A stretch of 32,909 bases of DNA. It comes from Octopus bimaculoides. Lineage: Eukaryota. A program made the position numbers and the translations under genes. How positions within the stretch are numbered: the first letter of the stretch is position 1; every line of letters begins with the position of its first letter. The stretch covers positions 13,285,806-13,318,714 of the forward strand of contig NC_068992.1 of assembly GCF_001194135.2 (NCBI RefSeq), written 5' to 3'. Below are positions 22,577 through 32,909 of this stretch, in pieces. The notes under the pieces were generated by a model, which saw only the letters and a list, made by a program, of their open reading frames with translations, did no database searches and was not told where the DNA came from.

Positions 22577-25500
22577 TGTTTATCAATCACACGGAGGTCT
22601 TCATAGAATGCCGAAACACAACGTTTTTTTACGAAGCTTTCATACTTAAATTGTTTTCCGTTTTGCAATACGTTAAAAGAATTGAACACTTAGCATGTAT
22701 TGCAGTTTTCCGATTGGACAAAAGCATTTCATATCATATTAAAATTAGGGTGTTTACTTTGATATCAGCATGGATTCTATTTCCACGCGCGAGACTAATG
22801 AAAGAAGCAATTAATTTTCGGCATATGAAAATATTGATTTTCATGACACTTGATATTATGAAAGAAAACAATATCTGTCGAAAGTCACTATTGAATGAGA
22901 AAGTGAGATGTTAGTCAGTTGCTGGAGGAAATAATACAACTAAAAATGAATCCATCACTGCAAACATCATTCAAGAACGGGGGAGAAGTCGACCACAACT
23001 CATTTCTCCTCCATCAAGCAGGGAATGATTCCCAAATACGTTAAAAAATATTTCAGGTGAATGAAACTGTAACTTGCGAAGTTATTTTCATTCAGTGGCA
23101 TACAGCTAATTGTGCCTGGCCCTCGAAACTGAGGAGAGTTAATGAAGACAATTAAAACTAACACATCTAGCGGCTGACCGCACTCTGATGCCTTGTGATA
23201 TATCAGGTCCGTAGAGAATAACATGTTTGTAGTAGCAAACTCTTGATTTTTTTTTACCTCATCAATTTGAGGCCGCATGATGTTTCTGTGGAATTTTAAG
23301 TCCTGATACAAGTCGAATAATATAATTTTAAATCTGAGCTCTGTCACTTGTGTATGCAGAAGAAAAGCGATAAGTTATGGGACTGAAGTAATAGTAGTAG
23401 ATTACACAGGTAGTAGAAAATAGCTATCTGTGATACTTTTACACAGTAAAGGTACAAATATTTGAAAAAGAGCAAGGGAGCGTCTGCACATCTAGAGATA
23501 TGTTCACACCTCAGGAAAAAGCTTCAAGATGACGAGTAATCGATGTCAGATGACAATCTTTCTTTACTGTAAGTATAAGTTAGGTAAATTTGTAAACAAA
23601 AATGGACGTTCCTTCTTCCAGTAAAAGAAAATCCTTACCTAAAAGCATATACGGATTAACATAACGATTCCCCAAAATTCACTTTAATTTTGTATATTTA
23701 CAATAATACTCAATTTGCATCCTCACAATATCCTATAGTATTTTTCTTCGTACCTTCGAATTTCTATATATTTGTATCCACACATTTAACAGTTCAGTAA
23801 GACCAAATCTTATGATTATTCAGCCTTCATTCGATTGCCAAATCTTTTAGAACACAAAAAATAAAAGCATACCGTTTTCAGTTTTCACTCTTGACAGTTA
23901 AATTTGGGTTGAATGGGAATTCTTTAACTCGTTGAAAGGAAATCATTACAAAAGCAAAAGAGTTAAGTGCCTTAAGCAACCCAGAAATAAAATATAATTC
24001 TTGATGAAATTTACAGTATATTACAACTGATATTTTACTACTCGCTCTGAACTAACTGAAATCTTCGGGGATCAAATCAATGTTATCTTCAGCTTTATTA
24101 CACTCATTAACATCTGCAGCAATAATCCTAATCTCTGACAATGACTATTATACACATGTACTGCCACAATGAAGAAAATCACTACCATAAATTTTACAAG
24201 AGAACAAGATAATTGCTAACGTAATGCCATGGATTATGCAAGAATCATATCATTTGGATGCACTAATGTCATCGATTCTCACGGTCGTATTTAACAATTT
24301 GCTGCACTTAATATCATTCACTCCGTCATTATCGGATTTATTTGACAAATTACACTCGACTGAAGCGACGTGCATTGCGACAACGCTCTTCTATGTTGTA
24401 CACAAAAAATAAATGCAATTGGTTTGTGAAAACCTTGTGAGTATTTCTGGAGGTTATTTAGAGTGATGTTTGGTCTATGTTATGGTTAAAAAAAGATTTA
24501 ACTTAATTATTTTGTTGTAGATTTCGTACAACATTAACAAACCCAGTAAACCTCTATAGTTGTTTTTCGAATTGCTCGAAACAGCAACCATTTCTTCACT
24601 CGCCAATACATTGCACTCGACCTCTTCAAAAGAGTACTATAGATTACTTACTCTAGTTTAATTCTCGTCCAAAGTCAGGAGTTCCGTGGGATATATTTGA
24701 ATTTATGTCTGCATAGCCTTGGTGAATTTGGGCCGCAAAGAAACAAGAAAATAAATCGACTCTATAAGACAACACAGAAAACTATTTGTGTAATCTCACA
24801 AATCTACAACCGAAAGAATGACATGACCTGCAGAAATAGCACACCACCGTTATAAAATATTTTTTGCAAATGGTTTGGATGTAAGTAAATACTGTTTGAC
24901 TATATACCTGCTACATCCATGTTGACCGGATTAAAAACACCGACTACAATTTGGTATTTTGGACTCTTTTAGAATGAGATAATGCAACATATTTCATCGT
25001 TTTCTAAAGTGTCACTGACATATGTGTAGCACATGACTGCAATGTGACACTAGAATACGTATGTGTTAAATTACATGATCCATTATTTTTTTATTCTTAT
25101 TAAAATTTTTATAACAATTGACGGGAAAATAAACATGAATTTTCTACACTAGGTATGTTCCCAGGGACTGCAATGCTGTGACTGGAACATGCATTATTAT
25201 GGTATTAAGAAAAGAGATTTTGAATAATTCAATATTCTATATACAAAAACTAGGATTTAACAAATCGTTTTAGAAAAAGTATTACATCATCAAAATCGTT
25301 GTCCGAAAATATAAAACTAATTCTCTATGGAATATGGGAATCAGAATCCTGCAATTTTACACTAATTGACACGGCGAGTGTATCAATGTGCGCCGTAAGG
25401 AATCGTTTGGTTGAAACCATGCCAAACAACCTGACATATCCTTCAAACAATGTGCACAATATCTGGAAACTAAATTATCTTTCTACAGTCTCCTATTAAT

Positions 25501-26217
25501 TATACTCTCAGAACTTAATCAACAGCAACCAAACAATTCACAAATCTTCCTATAACATGCATTCACAGTTCTGGACAGGCTGCATTTGTAAACAAATTAG
25601 TTACTTCTATAACGTCTTTCATCATGGGAAAGCCTCGTATTCTATGTTCATGGATGAAAGAATCAAAACGAAATAACTTTGCCATTTTAATTAGAAGGAT
25701 ATCTCAAATGCTGTGATATAATAAAACTCTTCAAATCTCAGCAGTTCTCAGTTTTAATCTCATACAACAAAAGAATACCATTGAAAAGTCCTGCCATTCT
25801 CACTGATTCTATTGATGAGAACGCATTGATATGTGGTTTGATAGTTTGGTAGTATTTTGAATATATACCTCCCAAATATCGTATTTAAGTGTTGGTACAA
25901 CATTTATAGATCTCACTGAAGATATAGATAAATGTATCGAAAGAGCAGACTCTGTGAAGCCTGCTCTACGTATTTGATAGAAACATAAGACTTTTAAACA
26001 GATTTCAAAACAAATCACTTTCTAATATATTATTACAAAATAGCATTGATTTAGATGGATTTCTTAAAACAAAACAGCGTGACAGATGTACACTGGTCAC
26101 AGTTTGTGCCAAATATCGTCTTCATTGTAGACATATTGAGAAAGAATTGACTATCCCTGTAATTACATTTACAATGTTGAGCAAGGAAGCAGCTGCATCG
26201 TTCCGGTGGAAGATTGG

Positions 26218-26315
26218 TGAAACCGATAGAATAAGTATTAGGAGTTTAAAAAAATAAGTCCTTGGATGGTCGATTTGTTAGACTAAACGCTTCCATAGCC
26301 ACAATGAAATGACAA
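26218..26315 (-). mobile_element. Degraded fragment of a second octopus-type SINE family
   Basis: Minus strand gtcatt..ttgtggctatgg...tttagtctaacaaatcgacc...aggacttatt...ctaatacttattctatcggtttc aligns with the plus-strand copy at 28396-28560. Confidence 0.65.
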
Positions 26316-26919
26316 AATGGCCACAGTAAAATAACTGAAATAAATAAAAGTTAAACTATAAAAGATATTTTGTGCGGCGCACCACATGAATGCTGGTGGA
26401 ACAATATTTAATAATTAAAAAATAACAGCTTCCTCAAATCTCCACTTCCTCTTTTTTGCATTTATTTTAGGTTTCTTGGTATTCTATGGCTCTGAAGGTG
26501 ACAGTAATATCCTAGTTAAAGCAGGTATTTTATTATAAAATTTGTTTTCTAAATGAAGCTTATATAAATACCTTCCAAGAAGTAATTTGCAAATGGTTCC
26601 CACGTAAGAACCCTATAAGTATTATACTCTCCCTGATTGACTGCACAAACCGATCGTTGCATTCCTACAGTAAGCCAATTATATAGCGTGTGCGCCTGTT
26701 GAAAGGGAGTTAAGTACTTTGTTATAAATGACAGCAATAATAAGCATATGCACACACACATTTATACATAAATAAATAAATAAATATATATATATATATA
26801 TATATATATGCGAAATACCAAATTGAACAGATTTAGAGGAAGGCTATCTCCTCCTTGGAATATTCATTTTGAAGAATTTCTAACTGTAACAATTGTTACC
26901 CGCCTGTTACTCATTCTCT

Positions 26920-27200
26920 CAATGGCAACAATTACGGTTGCAGGCACATTTGACAAACATCAACACTTTGGCTGCCATGAGCGGGGAATAGAGCCGAATG
27001 CCTTCCTATTACCAAGCACTATTGTTTCAAGGCTGCTACAGTGTCTTTTCACTTCAGACAGTATGCCATTGTTTATGACAATTTTTTCAGCACTCCGTTC
27101 TTTCTACCTGCCAGCTTATCAGTCTCTATGTCATTGGACTGCAAAGAACCCGGAGGTCGTGGTTTACACAGCATTTGTACTGTTTGTACTCAATGTTTAT
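26920..27200 (-). mobile_element. Possible highly decayed DNA-transposon coding remnant ending in a CxC-type Cys cluster (Academ-like C-terminus?)
   Basis: One minus frame reads KQWHTV*SEKTL*QP*NNSAW**EGIRLYSPLMAAKVLMFVKCACNRNCC, echoing W...P...GW..E...L.P....ELVKCGCK.C. Many stops; resemblance is from memory. Confidence 0.25.
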
Positions 27201-28056
27201 GCATATAATTTTCTACTAAATCGGTGCTTTCATTGTTGGCTTCAGGATTCGTTCATACTATAGTACGCCAATACATTGATGCCAATCTGATTTTCTATAG
27301 TACTTTTGAATATGTATGTAAATATGTATGTACATATACTTAAATATAAGTATGAAAACATGTAAATATACCTGTACTGGTTGTATCAGCTAATACAAAT
27401 TCTGACGATTCTTCGATACACAGACAATTTACACAAATCAATCAATATTATAAACATTTTTTTATTACATAACAGACAGTACAGTTATTTAAATAACTCT
27501 GATTAGCGATTTGAATGTAGTTAGTAACAAAGTTAATATCAGCATGATTCAATTTGCATGCATTAAAATGAATATCTAATAACACGTTACGAGACACGTG
27601 TCATCATTTTAATTACACATACAGAAAATGTGAGTGAAGTGATAATACTGAACCTGTCACTAATATCTGGAGTTTCATAAGTTATGACACAAACTACGGG
27701 ATTGTAAAGTGCTGTCTAGACATAGCTATATCTTAAAATGTAAAAGAATCTTGTTGTCTTCTATCAATACTGAAGGAAATTAATTTACTTACAAAACATG
27801 CTTGATCAGCAAAAAAACAAAAAAGATATATATCTAATTGTCACCATATGAGTTGATGGATGTTACAAAATATTATTTTCTGAAAGTCAATTACGTTCTT
27901 GAAATAAGAATGATCTGCTACTTAAAGTAACGCATCTACATTTGCACACACATGAATGCACATATGCATACATATTATATATGATTGCGCGGGTGTGCTT
28001 GTGTACAGAGAAAATGAGAGAGATAATGAGATATTGCGATAGAAAATATATCGTTA

Positions 28057-28096
<40 letters not shown>

Positions 28097-28203
28097 CATC
28101 TATATGATTATGTCATATGTAAACTAAAGTAGGTTAGTTTTTGATGCGCTAAAATGTATTGAATATAATATACAATCCTTACAAACCAGAAAAATCTATC
28201 AGC

Positions 28204-28272
28204 AACCAGTCATGAGACTCCAACTCGCATCAATTTCCGGTCGACGTGCTTTACCATTTAAGCTAAACTACT
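28204..28272 (-). pseudogene. tRNA-like element (tRNA pseudogene or orphan SINE head); anticodon uncertain, GGA in the best register
   Basis: Minus strand agtagtt-ta-gctt-aaatggta-aagc-ac-gtcga-ccggaaa-ttgat-gcgag-ttggagt-ctcat-gactggt: D stem 4 bp with A box TAGCTTAAATGG, 7-nt anticodon loop, T arm with B-box-like GAGTTGGAGTCTC, acceptor stem 6/7 pairs counting G-U. No variable loop. Confidence 0.55.
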
Positions 28273-28395
28273 TCACTGAAAAATACTTCTGCAATCTAGA
28301 ATTTATAAAATATATCTAGAAACGCTAGGTAGAATAGAATATGCTGGTCTATGACTACATATCTTTCTACTTGTACTATAATATAGATTCTTTTA

Positions 28396-28560
28396 TTTTG
28401 TCACTTATTTGACAGCGACCATGATGAAGCACCGCCTTTAGTCGAACAAATCAACCCCAGTACTTATAGTATCGGTCTGTTTGCGAACCCCAAAGTTACG
28501 GGGACGTAAACACACCAGCATCGGTTGTCAAATGATGTTGCAGGACAAACACAAACACCA
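28396..28560 (+). mobile_element. Second-family SINE body and tail, 5'-truncated, with an internal deletion
   Basis: gacagcgaccatgatgaagcaccgcctttagtcgaacaaatcaacccc...tatcggtct...gcgaacc...aagttacggggacgtaaacacaccagcatcggttgtcaa...gacaaacacaaacac matches a recalled abundant octopus repeat and aligns with 26218-26315. Confidence 0.8.
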
Positions 28561-28628
28561 CCACCACCCCGATATATACATATATATATTAATAATTAAG
28601 AGAACCACTAATATGCAATTCAAACAAT

Positions 28629-28647
28629 GAAGGAGATCAGACACCAT

Positions 28648-28699
<52 letters not shown>

Positions 28700-28718
28700 A
28701 TGGTGTCTGATCTCCTTC
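28629..28718. repeat. Perfect 90-bp palindrome: 22-bp unique arms around (TA)23
   Basis: gaaggagatcagacaccatcaa (28629-28650), (TA)23 (28651-28696), ttgatggtgtctgatctccttc (28697-28718, exact reverse complement). Confidence 0.97.
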
Positions 28719-29203
28719 TGCGCGCAGCTAGAAATTTCTACATACATTAGAAGTATTTAATTCATACTTATATTTTGTATAAAAGAATTACAAATAGTTT
28801 TAATGTACAAGTGATAACTAAGCTACTCACTACATTGCGTGTTAAAACCTTGTCTTGTAAAGTTCGAATTAGCACTTGTGCAGGCGTGAAGAATTTGTTA
28901 TTTTGGTTCTGTGTTGATGTTGTATCGGTTTAGGGTTTTGAATGTTATGTCTCATAAGAAAATGGGCCGAGTTACTAGGGGCAGAGTGATTGATTAGGAG
29001 AGGTACCTTTAGTTTACCCTTCGAATGACATTAACCATAAATGTTTTGTATATTTTCTGGAATCAGTTGTTTCTATTGCAGACAATAATGCCTACTACTG
29101 CGCGATTCTCTTGATGCATTTTTCAATGAATTGTATTGATAAATTGATGAACGAGTACTGTGATTGTTTTTGTTTGTTTTTTGTTTTTTGAATTGGATAT
29201 GAA

Positions 29204-29364
29204 ATGGCGAAATGTTTCTCCATTGTGGAATACAAGATTAAACACGAGACAAAGTACGGATATGGAGGCTTCTCCTGTGGACAGGATGATTGTCCAATTT
29301 GCATGAATTTCTGTCACTTGAACACCATTTCATTGAGAAAATATTTCTGTACCCTCCATCGCAA
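29204..29364 (+). CDS. Candidate first coding exon of an unknown Cys/His-rich protein
   Basis: ATG in gaaATGg context after an in-frame TGA (29189); reads MAKCFSIVEYKIKHETKYGYGGFSCGQDDCPICMNFCHLNTISLRKYFCTLHR; ends at a consensus donor AA|GTAAGTAT (29365). No family recognised and no downstream exon found. Confidence 0.3.
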
Positions 29365-29961
29365 GTAAGTATAATAGAGAAATTTAAAAAAAATAAAAAC
29401 TCGAAATAAAGTTAAATCCCTTTTTTTGACAGTTTTACAATTTTACGTATAGAATTCCGTTAAAAGGATATTAAAAGTGGGATGATTTAATGATAACAAA
29501 ATACGAATCTGAAATGAACAAAAAGATATATAACATAGAAAACAAATAGTAAGGGCTAATACAGCTATGATTTCGAAATTTTTAATTATACTTACTCAAT
29601 CCAAAGAGTAATCCAACAACATTTATGGTATGCAGCGCAGCACAGCACGTGAAAAACAAAACATTATTCCAAACATTTTATTCTGGTTAGGAAAATCAGA
29701 AATTCTTTAAGAATACACGAACTAATGTATTTTAGGAAAGTATTATTCCAAAGTAAACTTGAAGGATTAATGATAAATGAAATAAATCCTCACTACATTA
29801 TTAAACACGCACTTTTATATACGTACACCGACCTACACATTTATATACACACATATATGTGTGTGTAAATATATGCATGTCTATGTGTGGGTACACGTAT
29901 ATATATATATGTGTGTTTGTGTCAATATTTTATACATAAATATGTGTATATATATATATAT

Positions 29962-30341
29962 NNNNNNNNNNNNNNNNNNNNNNNNNNNNNNNNNNNNNNN
30001 NNNNNNNNNNNNNNNNNNNNNNNNNNNNNNNNNNNNNNNNNNNNNNNNNNNNNNNNNNNNNNNNNNNNNNNNNNNNNNNNNNNNNNNNNNNNNNNNNNNN
30101 NNNNNNNNNNNNNNNNNNNNNNNNNNNNNNNNNNNNNNNNNNNNNNNNNNNNNNNNNNNNNNNNNNNNNNNNNNNNNNNNNNNNNNNNNNNNNNNNNNNN
30201 NNNNNNNNNNNNNNNNNNNNNNNNNNNNNNNNNNNNNNNNNNNNNNNNNNNNNNNNNNNNNNNNNNNNNNNNNNNNNNNNNNNNNNNNNNNNNNNNNNNN
30301 NNNNNNNNNNNNNNNNNNNNNNNNNNNNNNNNNNNNNNNNN
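29962..30341. other. Assembly gap (N run) flanked by (TA)n
   Basis: Run of N. Confidence 1.
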
Positions 30342-30935
30342 TATATATATATGCGTGTGTACGTGTAAATCGAGAGAAAAATTCATAGAAAAGAACTTCG
30401 TGGATAAATTCGAGCCCAGGTTAAATAAACAATAATGATGATACTTAGAGGTACTACTTCTACTGCTACGACCACTACCATTAAGAACAACAGTACTAAA
30501 GGTTCTCATAATGATAGCAGGAAAATACTACCTAAGTCAAGAGAAAGCGCAGTGAAAGCAATCTTATTTCGGGTATTAAGTTCTATTACCACAGCTAGTC
30601 CTAAGACCAGCATCAACAATGAGAGCAATAGTAAAGGTGATGATAATGCTGCTGACGATAACTGAAACGTAAAACTCCCTGGGAAATGTTGTTTGCAAGA
30701 TTTCTAAAAAAAAGGCAATTACTGCTTTGGCCAGAGTCAAAATACAGGTCTCTTGACATGTTAAACAAACCGTGACCCCTAAATCAAACACCAATCAACT
30801 TAGGTAATTTAGTTAAGGCACCCACTGATCGGTGAGAATGAGGTCTGCAAAACTTAACATTCTGGTGCCTATACAATGTATTTAAGGCACCCATTTTAGC
30901 CCTCTCACTACAGTTGTAAATTGTAAAACATAACT

Positions 30936-31430
30936 TTCACCACTACTATACCAACAGTCAGCCACCAAGAGGGTATCAAAAAATTCACACCTACAACAAC
31001 AGTCAGCCACCAAGAGGATATCAAAAGATTCTGACATAAGTTACGACTTGCAGAATTTTTCACCAATAAATGTAATGAGATTGATGAATCCCTAGTGAAT
31101 TCTAAATCAAATTTCACCCTACTAAAAGTAAGAAATAGCTATCTTGACCAATACATTGATATTCTGTCTAATTTTTTCCCACGGACACACATCAGTACTT
31201 GCATTTTACGTTGTGTCATCCACCACATACAAAACGGAACATACCATATGTTTAGCCAGAAAAATTTGTACCGTTGTAGAAGATGGAATGCATGGAACAA
31301 TTGTGTAACAGAACTAAACGAATTTTTGCCCAAACAAAAATACCCGTCTCTACTAATAGAAAATGGAATATAGTCGGCTACAAGAATAGGGAGAAAATTA
31401 TATGTCCCCCAACTGGCGTATATCAGTGTA
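30936..31430 (+). mobile_element. Penelope-like element (PLE) relic: N-terminal region fused to the post-RT C-terminal region, RT core deleted
   Basis: Frame 3: KKFTPTTTVSHQEDIKRF*HKLRLAEFFTNKCNEIDESLVNSKSNFTLLKVRNSYLDQYIDIL (PLE N-terminal LKFTPTP...DI..F.RKLRL.EFF...KSNFTPP..RN..LD.YI). From 31181 frame 2: TDTHQYLHFTLCHPPHTKRNIPY; frame 1: LARKICTVVED; frame 3: ELNEFLPKQKYPSLLIENGI. The latter three match the PLE motif TDTxQYLxFxSCHPxHTKxNIPYxLARRICTIV...L..QKYP..LIENGI. May extend upstream to about 30680. Confidence 0.8.
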
Positions 31431-31667
31431 ATCTAAACAGTGTTTACTTTGGCATATTACATTTAAATAAAGGATATGATTCCGAATATGCAATGACAGA
31501 GGACGGAAAATAGTTCCTTCAGATGGATTTCATTGAATCAGTTATAAGGAATTAGATATTGTACACATCTTATATGACCAGTTTCAGTATTGAACGACCA
31601 ACAATTTTGAAAGCATTTCAAGTGTACATATCTGTGTCCTAGTGTGTGTGAGTGAAAGTGTTTCTGT

Positions 31668-31699
<32 letters not shown>

Positions 31700-32655
31700 N
31701 NNNNNNNNNNNNNNNNNNNNNNNNNNNNNNNNNNNNNNNNNNNNNNNNNNNNNNNNNNNNNNNNNNNNNNNNNNNNNNNNNNNNNNNNNNNNNNNNNNNN
31801 NNNNNNNNNNNNNNNNNNNNNNNNNNNNNNNNNNNNNNNNNNNNNNNNNNNNNNNNNNNNNNNNNNNNNNNNNNNNNNNNNNNNNNNNNNNNNNNNNNNN
31901 NNNNNNNNNNNNNNNNNNNNNNNNNNNNNNNNNNNNNNNNNNNNNNNNNNNNNNNNNNNNNNNNNNNNNNNNNNNNNNNNNNNNNNNNNNNNNNNNNNNN
32001 NNNNNNNNNNNNNNNNNNNNNNNNNNNNNNNNNNNNNNNNNNNNNNNNNNNNNNNNNNNNNNNNNNNNNNNNNNNNNNNNNNNNNNNNNNNNNNNNNNNN
32101 NNNNNNNNNNNNNNNNNNNNNNNNNNNNNNNNNNNNNNNNNNNNNNNNNNNNNNNNNNNNNNNNNNNNNNNNNNNNNNNNNNNNNNNNNNNNNNNNNNNN
32201 NNNNNNNNNNNNNNNNNNNNNNNNNNNNNNNNNNNNNNNNNNNNNNNNNNNNNNNNNNNNNNNNNNNNNNNNNNNNNNNNNNNNNNNNNNNNNNNNNNNN
32301 NNNNNNNNNNNNNNNNNNNNNNNNNNNNNNNNNNNNNNNNNNNNNNNNNNNNNNNNNNNNNNNNNNNNNNNNNNNNNNNNNNNNNNNNNNNNNNNNNNNN
32401 NNNNNNNNNNNNNNNNNNNNNNNNNNNNNNNNNNNNNNNNNNNNNNNNNNNNNNNNNNNNNNNNNNNNNNNNNNNNNNNNNNNNNNNNNNNNNNNNNNNN
32501 NNNNNNNNNNNNNNNNNNNNNNNNNNNNNNNNNNNNNNNNNNNNNNNNNNNNNNNNNNNNNNNNNNNNNNNNNNNNNNNNNNNNNNNNNNNNNNNNNNNN
32601 NNNNNNNNNNNNNNNNNNNNNNNNNNNNNNNNNNNNNNNNNNNNNNNNNNNNNNN
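31700..32655. other. Assembly gap (N run) preceded by (TA)n
   Basis: Run of N. Confidence 1.
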
Positions 32656-32875
32656 GTATGTCTCCTTCTCGATGTATATGTGGGGTCTCCCTGCATTATA
32701 GTTATTAACTACCAGTTCCAGACTTATGGTTTGGTTAAAGCTACTGGGAAATCTACTTACGTGTACGTTACTTGCAATCGCACGATCGCACACACGGAAA
32801 GAGGTTCACACATATGTATCAGCACAGTCTCCATTGTGGGTGAAGCTGTATGTTTATACACACATACACATACAC

Positions 32876-32909
<34 letters not shown>

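Noticed and set aside
22211-22689. Poly-I/L/Y/M ORFs here and poly-YI/CV/ER ORFs elsewhere (364, 693, 3816, 7305, 10450, 13763)
   Set aside because: Translations of microsatellites, not proteins.
23000-23347. 115-aa minus ORF with two splice-bounded sub-segments (23302-23258 DLKFHRNIMRPQIDE; 23128-23104 FRGPGTIS)
   Set aside because: No recognised domain; splice-like sites are common in AT-rich DNA. Worth one blastx, but not supportable here.
24646-24720. Minus-strand consensus donor gtaagt (24651-24646); a similar one at 32760-32755
   Set aside because: Sequence upstream of the first has stops in all frames; the second has one open but unrecognised frame; no transcript evidence.
30435-30665. 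76-aa T/S/N/D-rich ORF
   Set aside because: Derived from decayed trinucleotide repeats (ACT/AAC/GAT).
30652-30671. ctgacga-taact-gaaacgta: hammerhead core words just upstream of the Penelope-like relic
   Set aside because: Stem II cannot form and the flanks do not pair as stem I; ctgacga lies within a gct/gat repeat.
2188-32793. Long ORFs containing X runs (2188-3246, 4812-5678, 6175-6621, 29861-30509, 31584-32793 and overlaps)
   Set aside because: Open only because N bases cannot form stop codons.
1-32909. CRISPR arrays, operons, rRNA, prokaryotic promoters or terminators
   Set aside because: No repeat-spacer array or prokaryotic gene organisation; the sequence is eukaryotic repeat-rich DNA.

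Overview
AT-rich, microsatellite-dense eukaryotic scaffold with six N-gaps; no prokaryotic features (no operons, rRNA or CRISPR). The SINE families and repeat make-up point to an octopus (coleoid cephalopod) genome; this is an inference from recalled repeat consensus, not a search. I cannot identify a host gene with confidence, so the window reads as intronic or intergenic DNA built from transposon debris. Most ORF-track entries are artefacts of N-runs and simple repeats, and the best coding signals are ones the track misses or splits. (1) 1-247 (-): a stop-free 82-codon piece of an R4/Dong-clade non-LTR retrotransposon, 5'-truncated into a (TAA)n array. (2) 21225-22240 (-): the decayed 5' end of a second R4/Dong-like element, also starting at a (TAA)n array, with a structured leader. 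(3) 1096-1648 (+): a mariner transposase relic lacking most of its catalytic core. (4) about 30936-31430 (+): a Penelope-like relic lacking its RT core. Non-coding elements: a complete Helentron-type non-autonomous element (20618-20998), a TA-flanked MITE (5551-5778), six tRNA-derived SINE copies of three types, an isolated tRNA-like cloverleaf (28204-28272) and a perfect 90-bp palindrome centred on (TA)23 (28629-28718). One Cys/His-rich candidate exon (29204-29364) is the best host-gene lead. I found no convincing new biological system; the most testable leads are the Dong leader RNA, the palindrome, the tRNA-like element and the Cys-rich exon. Family assignments come from manual translation and recalled motifs; no database searches were run.
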